A stretch of 36,165 nt of DNA from a virus (Duplodnaviria > Caudoviricetes). The notes beneath the pieces are model-generated. The model worked only from the letters and a program-made list of their open reading frames with translations, was not told the origin of the DNA and did not search any database. Position numbers and translations under genes: made by a program. The stretch is from the IMG/VR virus record IMGVR_UViG_3300025030_000285, positions 1 to 36,165 of that record; one strand, given 5' to 3'. Positions within the stretch are counted from its first letter, which is position 1; every line of letters starts with the position of its first letter. Of the stretch, positions 27,554 through 36,165 are shown in pieces.

Positions 27554-28942
27554 ATGGGATTAATAACTAAAGAAGTCGAAGTGGAGTTAAATGGAAATAA
27601 CGTTAAATATTTAGAAAGTTTAGGATATGAAATTCCTAGAAGAAAAGATAAAAGAGGTAGAATTAGTTATATAAAAGGACAGAAAATAAAAATAAAACCA
27701 AGTGATTTGAAAGATAAAAGTAATGAAAAAGTAGATATTCAATGTGACAATGACAATTGCAAAAAGATACTTAAAGATATCAGATGGGAACATTACAAAG
27801 ACAACATAGAAAAATTTGGAGCTTATTATTGCTATGATTGTGCGATGCATTTACATGGAAGGGAAAACATACTTTTAACTAAGTTAAAAAATAGTATATC
27901 TTTTAAGCAATGGTGTATTGATAATCATCGTCAAGATTTACTAGACAGATGGGACTATGAACTGAATAAATTAAACCCAGATGAAATGTGCTATAGTACA
28001 TCTAAAAAATATTATTTTAAATGTCCCAATAGCAAACATCCTAGTGAATTAAAAAGAATAAGTGATATTACTAATATACGTGAAGGAAGTACAAAATGTA
28101 ATCAGTGTAACTCCTTTGCACAATTAGGAGTAGACAAAATTAGAGAAAACTTCTTAGATAAATATTGGGATTACGAAAATAATATTGATATTGATCCTTG
28201 GAAAATTGCTTCGCGAAGCAATAGTAAAGTTTGGATTAAGTGCCAAGAAAAAGATTATCATGGAAGCTATGAAATTACTTGTAATGATTTTACAGAAGGT
28301 AATAGATGTTCTTATTGTGCAAAAACTAAAGTGCATCCACTTGATAGTTTAGGAACATTGCATCAAGAAGCGTTAATTGTCTGGTCAGGCATAAATCCAA
28401 AATCACCTTTTGAATATGCTCCAAAAAGTCATCAAAAAGTGTATTGGAAATGCAAAGACGGAAAGCATGATGATTATTTAAGAAGTATAGACGGTTCCAA
28501 TAGACTTAATTTTCGTTGTCCTGATTGTAATTTCTCTCTAGGAGAAGAAGAAATAAGTTTCCACTTGATAAATAATAATTGGACAAAAATCTCGCAAGAT
28601 GATTACGAGAAGTTGTTGGTAGGAAGTATTATCAAATATTACATACCACAAAAAACATTTAAGGGATTAATAGGTGTTGGCAATGGTTTATTATCTTATG
28701 ATTTTTATCTGCCTAAATATAATCTTCTTATTGAGTTTCAAGGCAAGCAACATGAGAAACCTGTAGATTTTGCAGGTAAAGGGAAAGAATGGGCAGAAAA
28801 ACAATTCGAACAGCAAAAAGAACACGATAAACGTAAAAGGGAATACGCCGAAGAAAATAAAATTAAATTGCTAGAAATATGGTATAAGGATTTTGATAAT
28901 ATAGAGACTATTCTTGAAAAAGAATTGTCTCTTATTAAATAA
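27554..28942 (+). CDS. Homing-endonuclease-like protein: repeated zinc ribbons + Vsr/DUF559-like nuclease
   Basis: ATG 27554 after GGAGGAG; three W...N...P......S..K.W.KC...H ribbons; SLGE, YDFYL, IEFQGKQH, HDKRKREYA. Confidence 0.8.
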   Translation: MGLITKEVEVELNGNNVKYLESLGYEIPRRKDKRGRISYIKGQKIKIKPSDLKDKSNEKVDIQCDNDNCKKILKDIRWEHYKDNIEKFGAYYCYDCAMHLHGRENILLTKLKNSISFKQWCIDNHRQDLLDRWDYELNKLNPDEMCYSTSKKYYFKCPNSKHPSELKRISDITNIREGSTKCNQCNSFAQLGVDKIRENFLDKYWDYENNIDIDPWKIASRSNSKVWIKCQEKDYHGSYEITCNDFTEGNRCSYCAKTKVHPLDSLGTLHQEALIVWSGINPKSPFEYAPKSHQKVYWKCKDGKHDDYLRSIDGSNRLNFRCPDCNFSLGEEEISFHLINNNWTKISQDDYEKLLVGSIIKYYIPQKTFKGLIGVGNGLLSYDFYLPKYNLLIEFQGKQHEKPVDFAGKGKEWAEKQFEQQKEHDKRKREYAEENKIKLLEIWYKDFDNIETILEKELSLIK

Positions 28943-28974
28943 TAAATTAATAAAACTTAGAGGAGGAATAAATA

Positions 28975-29250
28975 ATGGCAAATGTAACTGGATATGTAAG
29001 CAAAAAACTGACGGCAAATCAAGCAGAACAAAATGTAGCACTTGGGGTAAATATTTTTCAATTAATTAAAAATGAGTCTGCTAATGTGGTAACAATTAAT
29101 ATCGACAATTTGACGACAGAGGAAAACGCTATAGAATTAGTCGCTGGGGCAAGCATTGAAAATTTTGAAACTTATTGTAAAACTTTTTATTACAAAGCTT
29201 CTGCTGATGGTTCCGTTTTAAAAGTTATTGGTCTGCGCGAAAAAGAATAG
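28975..29250 (+). CDS. Small putative virion protein
   Basis: 91 aa; RBS GAGGAGG; beta-rich composition. Confidence 0.7.
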   Translation: MANVTGYVSKKLTANQAEQNVALGVNIFQLIKNESANVVTINIDNLTTEENAIELVAGASIENFETYCKTFYYKASADGSVLKVIGLREKE

Positions 29251-29259
29251 TTTTTGTTT

Positions 29260-29288
29260 AGGGAGTGGTAATATACACTCCCTTCTCT
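29260..29288 (+). terminator. Probable terminator hairpin
   Basis: AGGGAGTG / CACTCCCT followed by TCTCT. Confidence 0.5.
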
Positions 29289-29329
29289 ATTATAATTTGT
29301 AAGAAAATATAAAGGAGGTTGATATTAAA

Positions 29330-30496
29330 TTGACTTGGTGGACGGATTATCAAGCAAGGCGAGGACAAGATAGAAAAACTTTGTTTACAGATAACATGAA
29401 GAATTTAGTATCAACTGAATTTGAAAATTCTACAAGTTATAATTTGGTTAAAATTAGTGGTTTTGATAGAAAAACTCGTATTGTTGAAGAAAGTTCAATT
29501 ATTAAAAATCCTAATAGAAAAAGACTATTATGTTTTCCTGATGAAACTATAAGCATTGGTGAAATTATTGAGTTTGATAATTCGAATTGGATTTGCGTAA
29601 ATGGTGATACAACTTCAAAAATATCTGATGTAGGGATTATTGAGAGATCCAACAACACACTCCAATTCTACGACTCAACATCAACTCTCCACTCTATCCC
29701 CTGCATAATCTCAAAAGGTTCAATCTCCCTAGATGAACAAAAAATAATATCAACATTAGATTCAGAAATTGCAGTTCAAATAAGCGATACTGATATTACT
29801 AGACAAATTGAAATTAATGATGTGTACAAAATTGGAATTAGGTCGTGGAAAGTTACAAATATTGATGATATTACTGTTCCAGGTTTATTATTAATAAAAA
29901 TGCAGTATAGCGATGTTGAACAAGTATTTCCATCATATTCTCTTACTATCTTAAATGGAGATTCAATTCAAGCAGACATTAATACTCCTGTACAATTAAA
30001 TATTCAAGTAAAAGATAGAGAAACAATAATTACATCTCCATTACTTACTTTTACTTCAAGCAATAATTTAATTGCTACTGTATCAAGCACAGGATTAGTA
30101 AATTTCTTATCTGTAGGGAGTGTAAATATTAGTTGTAAATTGGATAATGATAATTTGATTCAGGATAATATTGGAATTGAGATTGTTGAGGAAGAACAGC
30201 ATAATTTAACAGTAGAAATTAATGGAAACATTTCAATAATTAAGACTTACTCTTCTACTTATATTTGTACATTTAAGGATAATGGAATTGCAATAAGTGA
30301 TAGTTCTGTTTTCTATTTGACTGGAGATGATGGAGTTAGCGAGACTGTATTGGCAAGTATTGTAAGTCAGGATAGTGTTGGGAATAGTTGTGTTGTGAAG
30401 GGATTAGGTTTGGGGTATGTTAGGTTGTTCTGTAAAAATGTTGGTGAGACAGTATTTAGTGGTGGATTTAGGATTCAAATTAAGAGTTTGTTTTAG
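29330..30496 (+). CDS. Putative head-closure/neck protein with C-terminal Ig-like domains
   Basis: TTG start after AAAGGAGG; FTSSNNLIATVSSTGLV...G.V.I Big_2-like motif. Confidence 0.65.
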   Translation: MTWWTDYQARRGQDRKTLFTDNMKNLVSTEFENSTSYNLVKISGFDRKTRIVEESSIIKNPNRKRLLCFPDETISIGEIIEFDNSNWICVNGDTTSKISDVGIIERSNNTLQFYDSTSTLHSIPCIISKGSISLDEQKIISTLDSEIAVQISDTDITRQIEINDVYKIGIRSWKVTNIDDITVPGLLLIKMQYSDVEQVFPSYSLTILNGDSIQADINTPVQLNIQVKDRETIITSPLLTFTSSNNLIATVSSTGLVNFLSVGSVNISCKLDNDNLIQDNIGIEIVEEEQHNLTVEINGNISIIKTYSSTYICTFKDNGIAISDSSVFYLTGDDGVSETVLASIVSQDSVGNSCVVKGLGLGYVRLFCKNVGETVFSGGFRIQIKSLF

Positions 30497-30507
30497 GGTG
30501 GTGAGAT

Positions 30508-30984
30508 ATGAGTAGATTTTCAGAACTTGGTGCAAATAAATTTACAATCCTAATGAAATTAATTAGTAAAAAAGAAATAGTAAAATGTCTTGTGAGTAAT
30601 GAGCCAAATTTTTTAGATGTTCAATTGCCAGATGATTTTAATGCCCCATCTTTGATATATAAAAATATATATCCTTGGCGTTTCATACCCACAGTACAAA
30701 CAGAAGCAAATACCTTTATCACAATGAAATTTAATTATAAACCAAATGGAAGAACTTTTAAATATGGCAGTATACATTTCTATATAATTCTACACAATTC
30801 ATTAATAAAAACAGATTATGGATCTTTAAGGTATGATATGCTTTTAAACTACATAGACGAAGTATTCAATTCTTCTGAAGATTTGGGATTTAATGAATTA
30901 GAGTTTTATGATATGGATGAATTTTTAGTTAATGAAAACTATAGTGGAATTTATATAACTTATAAAATGCAAGAATTTCAATAA
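30508..30984 (+). CDS. Putative tail completion/terminator protein
   Basis: 158 aa; LIYKNIYPW.FIP and RYDML...IDEVFN; synteny before the tail tube. Confidence 0.55.
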   Translation: MSRFSELGANKFTILMKLISKKEIVKCLVSNEPNFLDVQLPDDFNAPSLIYKNIYPWRFIPTVQTEANTFITMKFNYKPNGRTFKYGSIHFYIILHNSLIKTDYGSLRYDMLLNYIDEVFNSSEDLGFNELEFYDMDEFLVNENYSGIYITYKMQEFQ

Positions 30985-31001
30985 ATTAGGTATGTGATTA
31001 T

Positions 31002-31688
31002 ATGAATAAATTAAGACTATTAGCAAACTTACCTTTATATGTTGATAAGATACCAGTTTACTCCCCACTTCTAAGAGAAATTGCGGAAATTGGACTTGAG
31101 CAATATGGTATTCTTTTAGCTTATTGTGTAATTGAAAAAGAAGGAGTTATAGATTCAGTAAAATTAGAAGTAAAAAATAATTATGATGCTTTAATCTATG
31201 TCATTAATTCTACAGAAGGAATTATGGACATTATTTTATGTGGATTATATTTTTTTACAAAAGTTAACTTCCAACCTAAAATTCTAAATAATGATTTAAT
31301 ATTTATCAAAGAAGATATTGTATTAAATCGAATTAATTATGATTCTTTTATAAATAATATTAGATTTTCTAATCGTTTAGAAGTTGGAAACATAGAAGAA
31401 TTAGATGAATTTGACAAAAGAGTTCTAGAAGCTGAAAAAAAGATAAATGAAGTATTAAACAAAGATACAGAACAACCAAATTTTGAAGATTTAATTTCAT
31501 CAGTAGCTAATTTTGATGGTAATGGTTTAAACATAATAAATATTTGGGATTTGAATGTATATCAATTTTACGAACAACTTCAAAGAGGTCAAATGAAGGA
31601 GCAATATAGATGGAATCTTCAACAGCTATTAGTAGGAGTAAATCCTGATAATATAAAACTTGAGTCATATCTCAAAAACATAAAATAA
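31002..31688 (+). CDS. Hypothetical tail-module protein
   Basis: 228 aa; IWDLNVYQFYEQLQR motif. Confidence 0.65.
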   Translation: MNKLRLLANLPLYVDKIPVYSPLLREIAEIGLEQYGILLAYCVIEKEGVIDSVKLEVKNNYDALIYVINSTEGIMDIILCGLYFFTKVNFQPKILNNDLIFIKEDIVLNRINYDSFINNIRFSNRLEVGNIEELDEFDKRVLEAEKKINEVLNKDTEQPNFEDLISSVANFDGNGLNIINIWDLNVYQFYEQLQRGQMKEQYRWNLQQLLVGVNPDNIKLESYLKNIK

Positions 31689-31709
31689 AAAAATAGGAGG
31701 TAATTAAAA

Positions 31710-32498
31710 ATGGCAATTGGGCAAAAGCAGGTTTGGGCGAAGGTGCTAGATTTCACCGTGCAAGATTATTCTACAAAAGCAGTTCTTTTCCAAGTTAAAT
31801 ACGCTACGGATTGTGCTATCGGAGAAAAATATGAAAAAACAGAAATCAAAGGTGGTAGTGATAATCAAATTCAGTATACATCATATCATTCACCTACGGC
31901 TACTTTTACCGCACAACTTCCACTGATTGATGATAATGTAGTTTCCGTAAAAACTGGTGCTACATCAACTACAGGAGCACAAACCAATGCGTTCGAGAAA
32001 ACTTATACAGTTGATGCAAGCGCAGGAACGGTAATCATAGATGTCACTCCTCTTTCGTCAACTTTAAAGGTCTATAATGTTGACACGGATGATAATTTAG
32101 GAACAGAAATTGCTGCTGTGGCAAGTGCTCCTACATTAGAACAATATACAATCGCGGCAGCCACTTTAACTTTTAATACAGGAAAAAAAGGATCAAAAGT
32201 TCTTGTAGTTTGTGATTATACAACCGGAGCTACTGCAACTGGCGTTAAATTCATTAGTGGAAAATTACCTGCACTAATAAGAATTACGGCAAAAACAAAA
32301 GTTGAAGATAAAGCAGGAAACAAAGCTATTAAGACTATTATTGTCGAAAAAGCTCGTCCAAATCCTGATTTTGAATTTTCAACTAAAGCCGGAACTCCTG
32401 CTGTACTTCCATTCGATTGTGAAGTATATGGTTGGACAAATACGGCTGGTGACTCTCAATTCTTTAATCTTGTAACAGATCCTACTCTGGAAGTTTAA
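31710..32498 (+). CDS. Major tail (tube) protein
   Basis: 262 aa, Thr/Ala-rich; EIKGG near the N-terminus; FEFSTKAGTPAVLPFDCEV; RBS GGAGG. Confidence 0.7.
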   Translation: MAIGQKQVWAKVLDFTVQDYSTKAVLFQVKYATDCAIGEKYEKTEIKGGSDNQIQYTSYHSPTATFTAQLPLIDDNVVSVKTGATSTTGAQTNAFEKTYTVDASAGTVIIDVTPLSSTLKVYNVDTDDNLGTEIAAVASAPTLEQYTIAAATLTFNTGKKGSKVLVVCDYTTGATATGVKFISGKLPALIRITAKTKVEDKAGNKAIKTIIVEKARPNPDFEFSTKAGTPAVLPFDCEVYGWTNTAGDSQFFNLVTDPTLEV

Positions 32499-32517
32499 TA
32501 AGGTGGTGTAATAAACT

Positions 32518-32706
32518 ATGGAAAAATATTTAGTATATAATCATCCAGCAGTTGCTCCTATAGGTATTAAATTAGACAAGATATATCTGTTAGAAGAGTT
32601 AGAAAAAATCTTTTCTTTAGAAGAAATTAAATGTTTTTTTAAACCTGATAATTTTAAATGGGAAGAAAGTAAAACAGTAAAAACAATCGATATTGACAAG
32701 CAATAA
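32518..32706 (+). CDS. Small hypothetical protein
   Basis: 62 aa; RBS AAGGTGG. Confidence 0.6.
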   Translation: MEKYLVYNHPAVAPIGIKLDKIYLLEELEKIFSLEEIKCFFKPDNFKWEESKTVKTIDIDKQ

Positions 32707-32756
32707 TTAATTATATATGGTTCCTTGTAGATCAGGCCAGATTTATAAGAGTAATT

Positions 32757-32791
32757 AAAAGAGACTGAAATTCTGATTTTCAGTCTCTTTT
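32757..32791 (+). terminator. 14-bp hairpin terminator whose loop can pair next to the downstream SD
   Basis: AAAAGAGACTGAAA / TTTCAGTCTCTTTT; TTCTGATT 32771-32778 is complementary to AATCAGAA 32807-32814. Confidence 0.7.
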
Positions 32792-32828
32792 CCCATTTAT
32801 TCCTTTAATCAGAAGAGGAGAGATAAGA

Positions 32829-34121
32829 ATGCAATATATAAATAAGAATTGTTCCATATGCGGAGAGTTAATGATTGGTATACCATCTACAAGACAGCAA
32901 TGTGATAATTGTAAAAAGAAAAGAAGAAAAGAAATTTGTCATAATCATTATAATAGTAAACTCAAACCAAAACAACAAGACAGGCAAAAGGAGTACAAAG
33001 ATTACTTTGAAGAACTTATATCCATAAATAGTGATCCGAAATATCTAACCACTAAAGGGTTCAATTCAATTTCTAAATTTAGTATATCTACATATTGTAA
33101 TTCTTTTGATATTTCATGGTTAGATTGGTTAAAACAATTCAATAAATATGATGAGTTGGTTAACTATATTTTAAAAGAATATAGTTATTTTTATGATGCT
33201 ACTAATTCTCAAGATCTAAAGAATTTCAGTAAAAAACATGAATACATTACGATTGATATTTTAACTTCTATTGGACTTGATTTTATTAGAGATAAATGTG
33301 GAATTATAAAATCAAGACGCGATAATGAATACTATAAAAATAATTTTATTGATATAGTTAATAAAATTGGGCATGTTCCTCTCTTTCATGAATTTGCAGA
33401 AATATCTCCTATTCCACCAGAGTCATATTCTTCAAGATTTAAATTAAAGGGAAAAGTTTATGACAATATCGTTAAAATGTATGTTGGTAAAGATGAGTTT
33501 ACAGAATATAAAATATTACAACAGCAACATAAAACGAATGTAGGCAAAATAACTTCGACTATAAATAAAAATATAATATCATTAGCAGATTTAGAAGAAG
33601 AATTCAGAAAAGTATTTGATGAATGTTTTTTAAATAATGCAGTATATCCATCTAGAAGATTATTTAATAAATTATCTAAGTTTGACGACAGAACATACCG
33701 TAAAAAATTAGGTTTATCATGGACAAAAGTATGTGAGAGTTACGAATATAAGGTTGATAGATATACAAACAAATTTGAAAAATATGTTTTAGGCACAATT
33801 TCTAAAATATTAAATGTTGAATGTGATCCACAAAAATCATTTGAGTGGTTAATTGGAATAAATAATTATCCGTTGTTTTGCGATGGTGTATTTGAAGATT
33901 GTAAATTAGTAGTTGAGACGGATGGTAAACACCATAAAATTCCGATGAAACAATTTGGTGGTTATGAGAGATTTGAAATACAAAAGCAAAATGACAAACT
34001 CAAAGATTATCTTGTTAAGGAACACGGGTACACAATGATTAGAATTGATATTGATTCAGATTGGTCAAATATTGATTATTTGAAATTACGATTATTAGAA
34101 AATGATATTAAAGTAGCATAA
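32829..34121 (+). CDS. Homing-endonuclease-like protein: Zn finger + helical repeats + Vsr/DUF559-like nuclease
   Basis: CSIC...CDNC; IGHVP...EF and YPSRRLF...Y....SW repeats; FCDG, VETDGKHH, NDKLKD, MIRI. Confidence 0.75.
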   Translation: MQYINKNCSICGELMIGIPSTRQQCDNCKKKRRKEICHNHYNSKLKPKQQDRQKEYKDYFEELISINSDPKYLTTKGFNSISKFSISTYCNSFDISWLDWLKQFNKYDELVNYILKEYSYFYDATNSQDLKNFSKKHEYITIDILTSIGLDFIRDKCGIIKSRRDNEYYKNNFIDIVNKIGHVPLFHEFAEISPIPPESYSSRFKLKGKVYDNIVKMYVGKDEFTEYKILQQQHKTNVGKITSTINKNIISLADLEEEFRKVFDECFLNNAVYPSRRLFNKLSKFDDRTYRKKLGLSWTKVCESYEYKVDRYTNKFEKYVLGTISKILNVECDPQKSFEWLIGINNYPLFCDGVFEDCKLVVETDGKHHKIPMKQFGGYERFEIQKQNDKLKDYLVKEHGYTMIRIDIDSDWSNIDYLKLRLLENDIKVA

Positions 34122-34204
34122 AACAATTATAGGAAATTGCAAATCCTATAATTATCACTATTTCCAATCTCAACCAAAAAATCCCAACATCTATCTAAAA
34201 CATC

Positions 34205-34258
34205 AAAATAAGGAGAGAAGCAGAAGGAATAAAAACTTCTCTTTTCTCCTTATTTTTT
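34205..34258 (+). terminator. Probable intrinsic terminator
   Basis: AAAATAAGGAGA 34205-34216 / TCTCCTTATTTT 34245-34256. Confidence 0.6.
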
Positions 34259-34378
34259 ACTATTTTCCATCCAAATAAATCACTGATTTTAACCTAAATA
34301 CCAATATTTATGTCTTCTAAAGTCCTTGATATACAAGGGTTTTACAAATCATAAAAAACAATATCAATAAAGAAAGGA

Positions 34379-34699
34379 ATGATAACTATGCCAATAGGTA
34401 ATCTCGCACACTCAGGATTTATCAGCTCAATCCATAAAAGTAATTTAGTAGAATTTTATACAACAACAGCAAATAATCAAATAATTACTTTTACAGACAC
34501 AAATGGAAATTCAAATCATCTCAACTCATTAACAATTGAAGCAGACGCAACAGATTTATTTATTCAGATTTTACCATCAGAATATTGTGTATGCATAGCT
34601 GCTGGAAACTCTACCACTATCGACTATTGTAATATTCAACAAATAAAAGTATTAGGAAACTTGGGCCAAAATTTAAAATGGTATGGATTATATTTCTAA
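34379..34699 (+). CDS. Small putative virion protein
   Basis: 106 aa (true start may be ATG 34388); beta-rich composition. Confidence 0.65.
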   Translation: MITMPIGNLAHSGFISSIHKSNLVEFYTTTANNQIITFTDTNGNSNHLNSLTIEADATDLFIQILPSEYCVCIAAGNSTTIDYCNIQQIKVLGNLGQNLKWYGLYF

Positions 34700-34724
34700 A
34701 AGAAAGTAGAGGTGAATTAACAAT

Positions 34725-36165
34725 ATGCCTATAAGTAGTAGTAGTAATAAGGGAAGTATGATTTCCAACAATCCTTCTGGGACTACATATATAAAAGGTG
34801 ATGCTAATACAGATGGTAGCATTAGGATTATTGAGGAAAATGGTATTCCAGTAATTGAAAAACGTGAAAATGGTGTATGGAATGATTCTGATTTTCGTAT
34901 AAGTGGTGATTCTCTTTATATTGGTCGTGATTTACGTATTTCTGCTGCAGGTCATATTTTAATGGTAAGGTCTGTATCAGATGATTCTAAAACATTGGTA
35001 ATTCATTCGCATTTTAATGATTCGGGCAGTATAGAACCAGAAGTGCCATTATTGGCAACAAAAGAAATTAGAACCATTACTCAATCAGATAATATTGATA
35101 TTTTTACTGGAACTTCATTTGGTTATACTGTAACACCTACTGAAAACCAATTAATTTCCAAAGTATATTATCAAACTGGTTCAATACCTGCTACAGATAA
35201 TATAATTATTCGTTTTTATGTTGGAGTTGACAATACAGGTGTTTTATATTTTCAAAAAACAATTCCATCTACTGAGTGGATTGCTGACAGCGAAATTCAA
35301 ATTGATGTTCCAGGATTGCTTGGTTATGTACCAAGTAAAACGGTTTACGGAGAATTAACAAGTTCTTCTTCTTTTTCTATTAAAACAAATGAGTCAGGGA
35401 CACAACCTTGGAGAGCTGTTGATAGGTGGGCTTTTACAAGAGAGCGTATTGCCTATTCTTCTCCTTGGAGTGAAAAAACATGGAATAAAGATGATTGGTG
35501 TATTGATGATGGGAAGATTTATGTTTGTAATACTGATGGTTCTCAGAGTGGTTCATTTGAAGCAAATATTTTAAAATGGGATCTACTATCTGATCTTGTA
35601 GCAAAAGTTATTGATTATAAGGGTGGTATTACGGTTGCTGATTTTAATGCTTTAACTTCTGGGAATAAAGGAGAACAGTATAAATTTACTGATGCTGGTA
35701 CGCTAATAGGAACAGAGGTTGTAAATGCTAATGATATAATAATTATACGTAATACATTTACTGGTCGATTGATAGCAGGAACAGATTACGATTTTTTTGC
35801 TGAACCATCTGATACTGTATTGCAAAGTGGTAGATCGGGAGGACAAAGCGTTTCTGGGGGAACTAATGCAAGTGAGAATCTTACATTAAAATCAACTGAA
35901 AACGCAACAAAAGGCAAAATAATTATAGACGATAATATAGAGCCAAGTAATACAAATTCAAAATCACTAGGTTCTCTATTAAAAGTATTTCTTAATTTAT
36001 TCACCAGAAAAGTAGAATCAGATGACACTTTAGATTTGTCAGCAGGAGGAACGGATAAAAACATTACATTGACCGCCACTGGTATTGGTACAATTATTCC
36101 TGCTTCTGATATAGTTCCTAGTACAAATAACACTCGTTCAATTGGTTCAATAACTAAAGTATTTA
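34725..36165 (+). CDS. Fibre/receptor-binding-like protein, truncated by the window end and absent from the ORF track
   Basis: ATG 34725 after GAGGTG; MPISSSSNKGSMISNNPSGTTYIKGDANTDGSIR...; no stop seen in the segments translated; contains GRSGGQSVSGGTNASENLTLKSTENATKGKI, IEPSNTNSKSLGS and IVPSTNNTRSIGS fibre-type motifs. Confidence 0.75.
   Translation, partial: MPISSSSNKGSMISNNPSGTTYIKGDANTDGSIRIIEENGIPVIEKRENGVWNDSDFRISGDSLYIGRDLRISAAGHILMVRSVSDDSKTLVIHSHFNDSGSIEPEVPLLATKEIRTITQSDNIDIFTGTSFGYTVTPTENQLISKVYYQTGSIPATDNIIIRFYVGVDNTGVLYFQKTIPSTEWIADSEIQIDVPGLLGYVPSKTVYGELTSSSSFSIKTNESGTQPWRAVDRWAFTRERIAYSSPWSEKTWNKDDWCIDDGKIYVCNTDGSQSGSFEANILKWDLLSDLVAKVIDYKGGITVADFNALTSGNKGEQYKFTDAGTLIGTEVVNANDIIIIRNTFTGRLIAGTDYDFFAEPSDTVLQSGRSGGQSVSGGTNASENLTLKSTENATKGKIIIDDNIEPSNTNSKSLGSLLKVFLNLFTRKVESDDTLDLSAGGTDKNITLTATGIGTIIPASDIVPSTNNTRSIGSITKVF

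Noticed and set aside
17256-28942. Group I introns or inteins hosting the endonucleases
   Set aside because: Terminase, portal and capsid frames are uninterrupted with no intein motifs seen; the nucleases sit between complete genes.
32634-32643. Tail-chaperone -1 frameshift at T TTT TTT
   Set aside because: The -1 frame hits TAA immediately, so no extended product is possible.
1003-36133. All other minus-strand ORFs and the + strand ORF 35389-35574
   Set aside because: They are shadow or alternate-frame ORFs overlapping better-supported genes.

Overview
This is an AT-rich segment of a large tailed dsDNA phage, most likely an SPbeta/c-st-like siphovirus of Bacillota (probably Clostridia); all credible genes are on the + strand. 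Gene order is: C-terminus of a YonO-like phage RNA polymerase, PIN-PhoH, HU, tRNA-Thr(UGU), an accessory block (coiled-coil protein, primase-like protein, metallophosphoesterase, ClpP-like protease, ORF6N protein), then the morphogenesis operon. That operon runs terminase small/large, portal, prohead protease/scaffold, decoration protein, major capsid, head-tail proteins, tail tube and a fibre-like protein truncated by the window end. Five free-standing homing-endonuclease-like genes are interspersed. The best candidate for an undescribed system is a 213-aa coiled-coil gene (5890-6531) followed by a ~367-nt element closed by a perfect 14-bp stem and carrying a 7-nt-periodic TAAAGNT array, and preceded by ~740 nt of structured non-coding sequence. 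Also notable are recurring anti-Shine-Dalgarno pseudoknot/hairpin leaders ahead of the endonuclease-like and primase-like genes, and abrupt G/C-skew switches. All family assignments come from motif recognition and synteny by eye; no database search was run.
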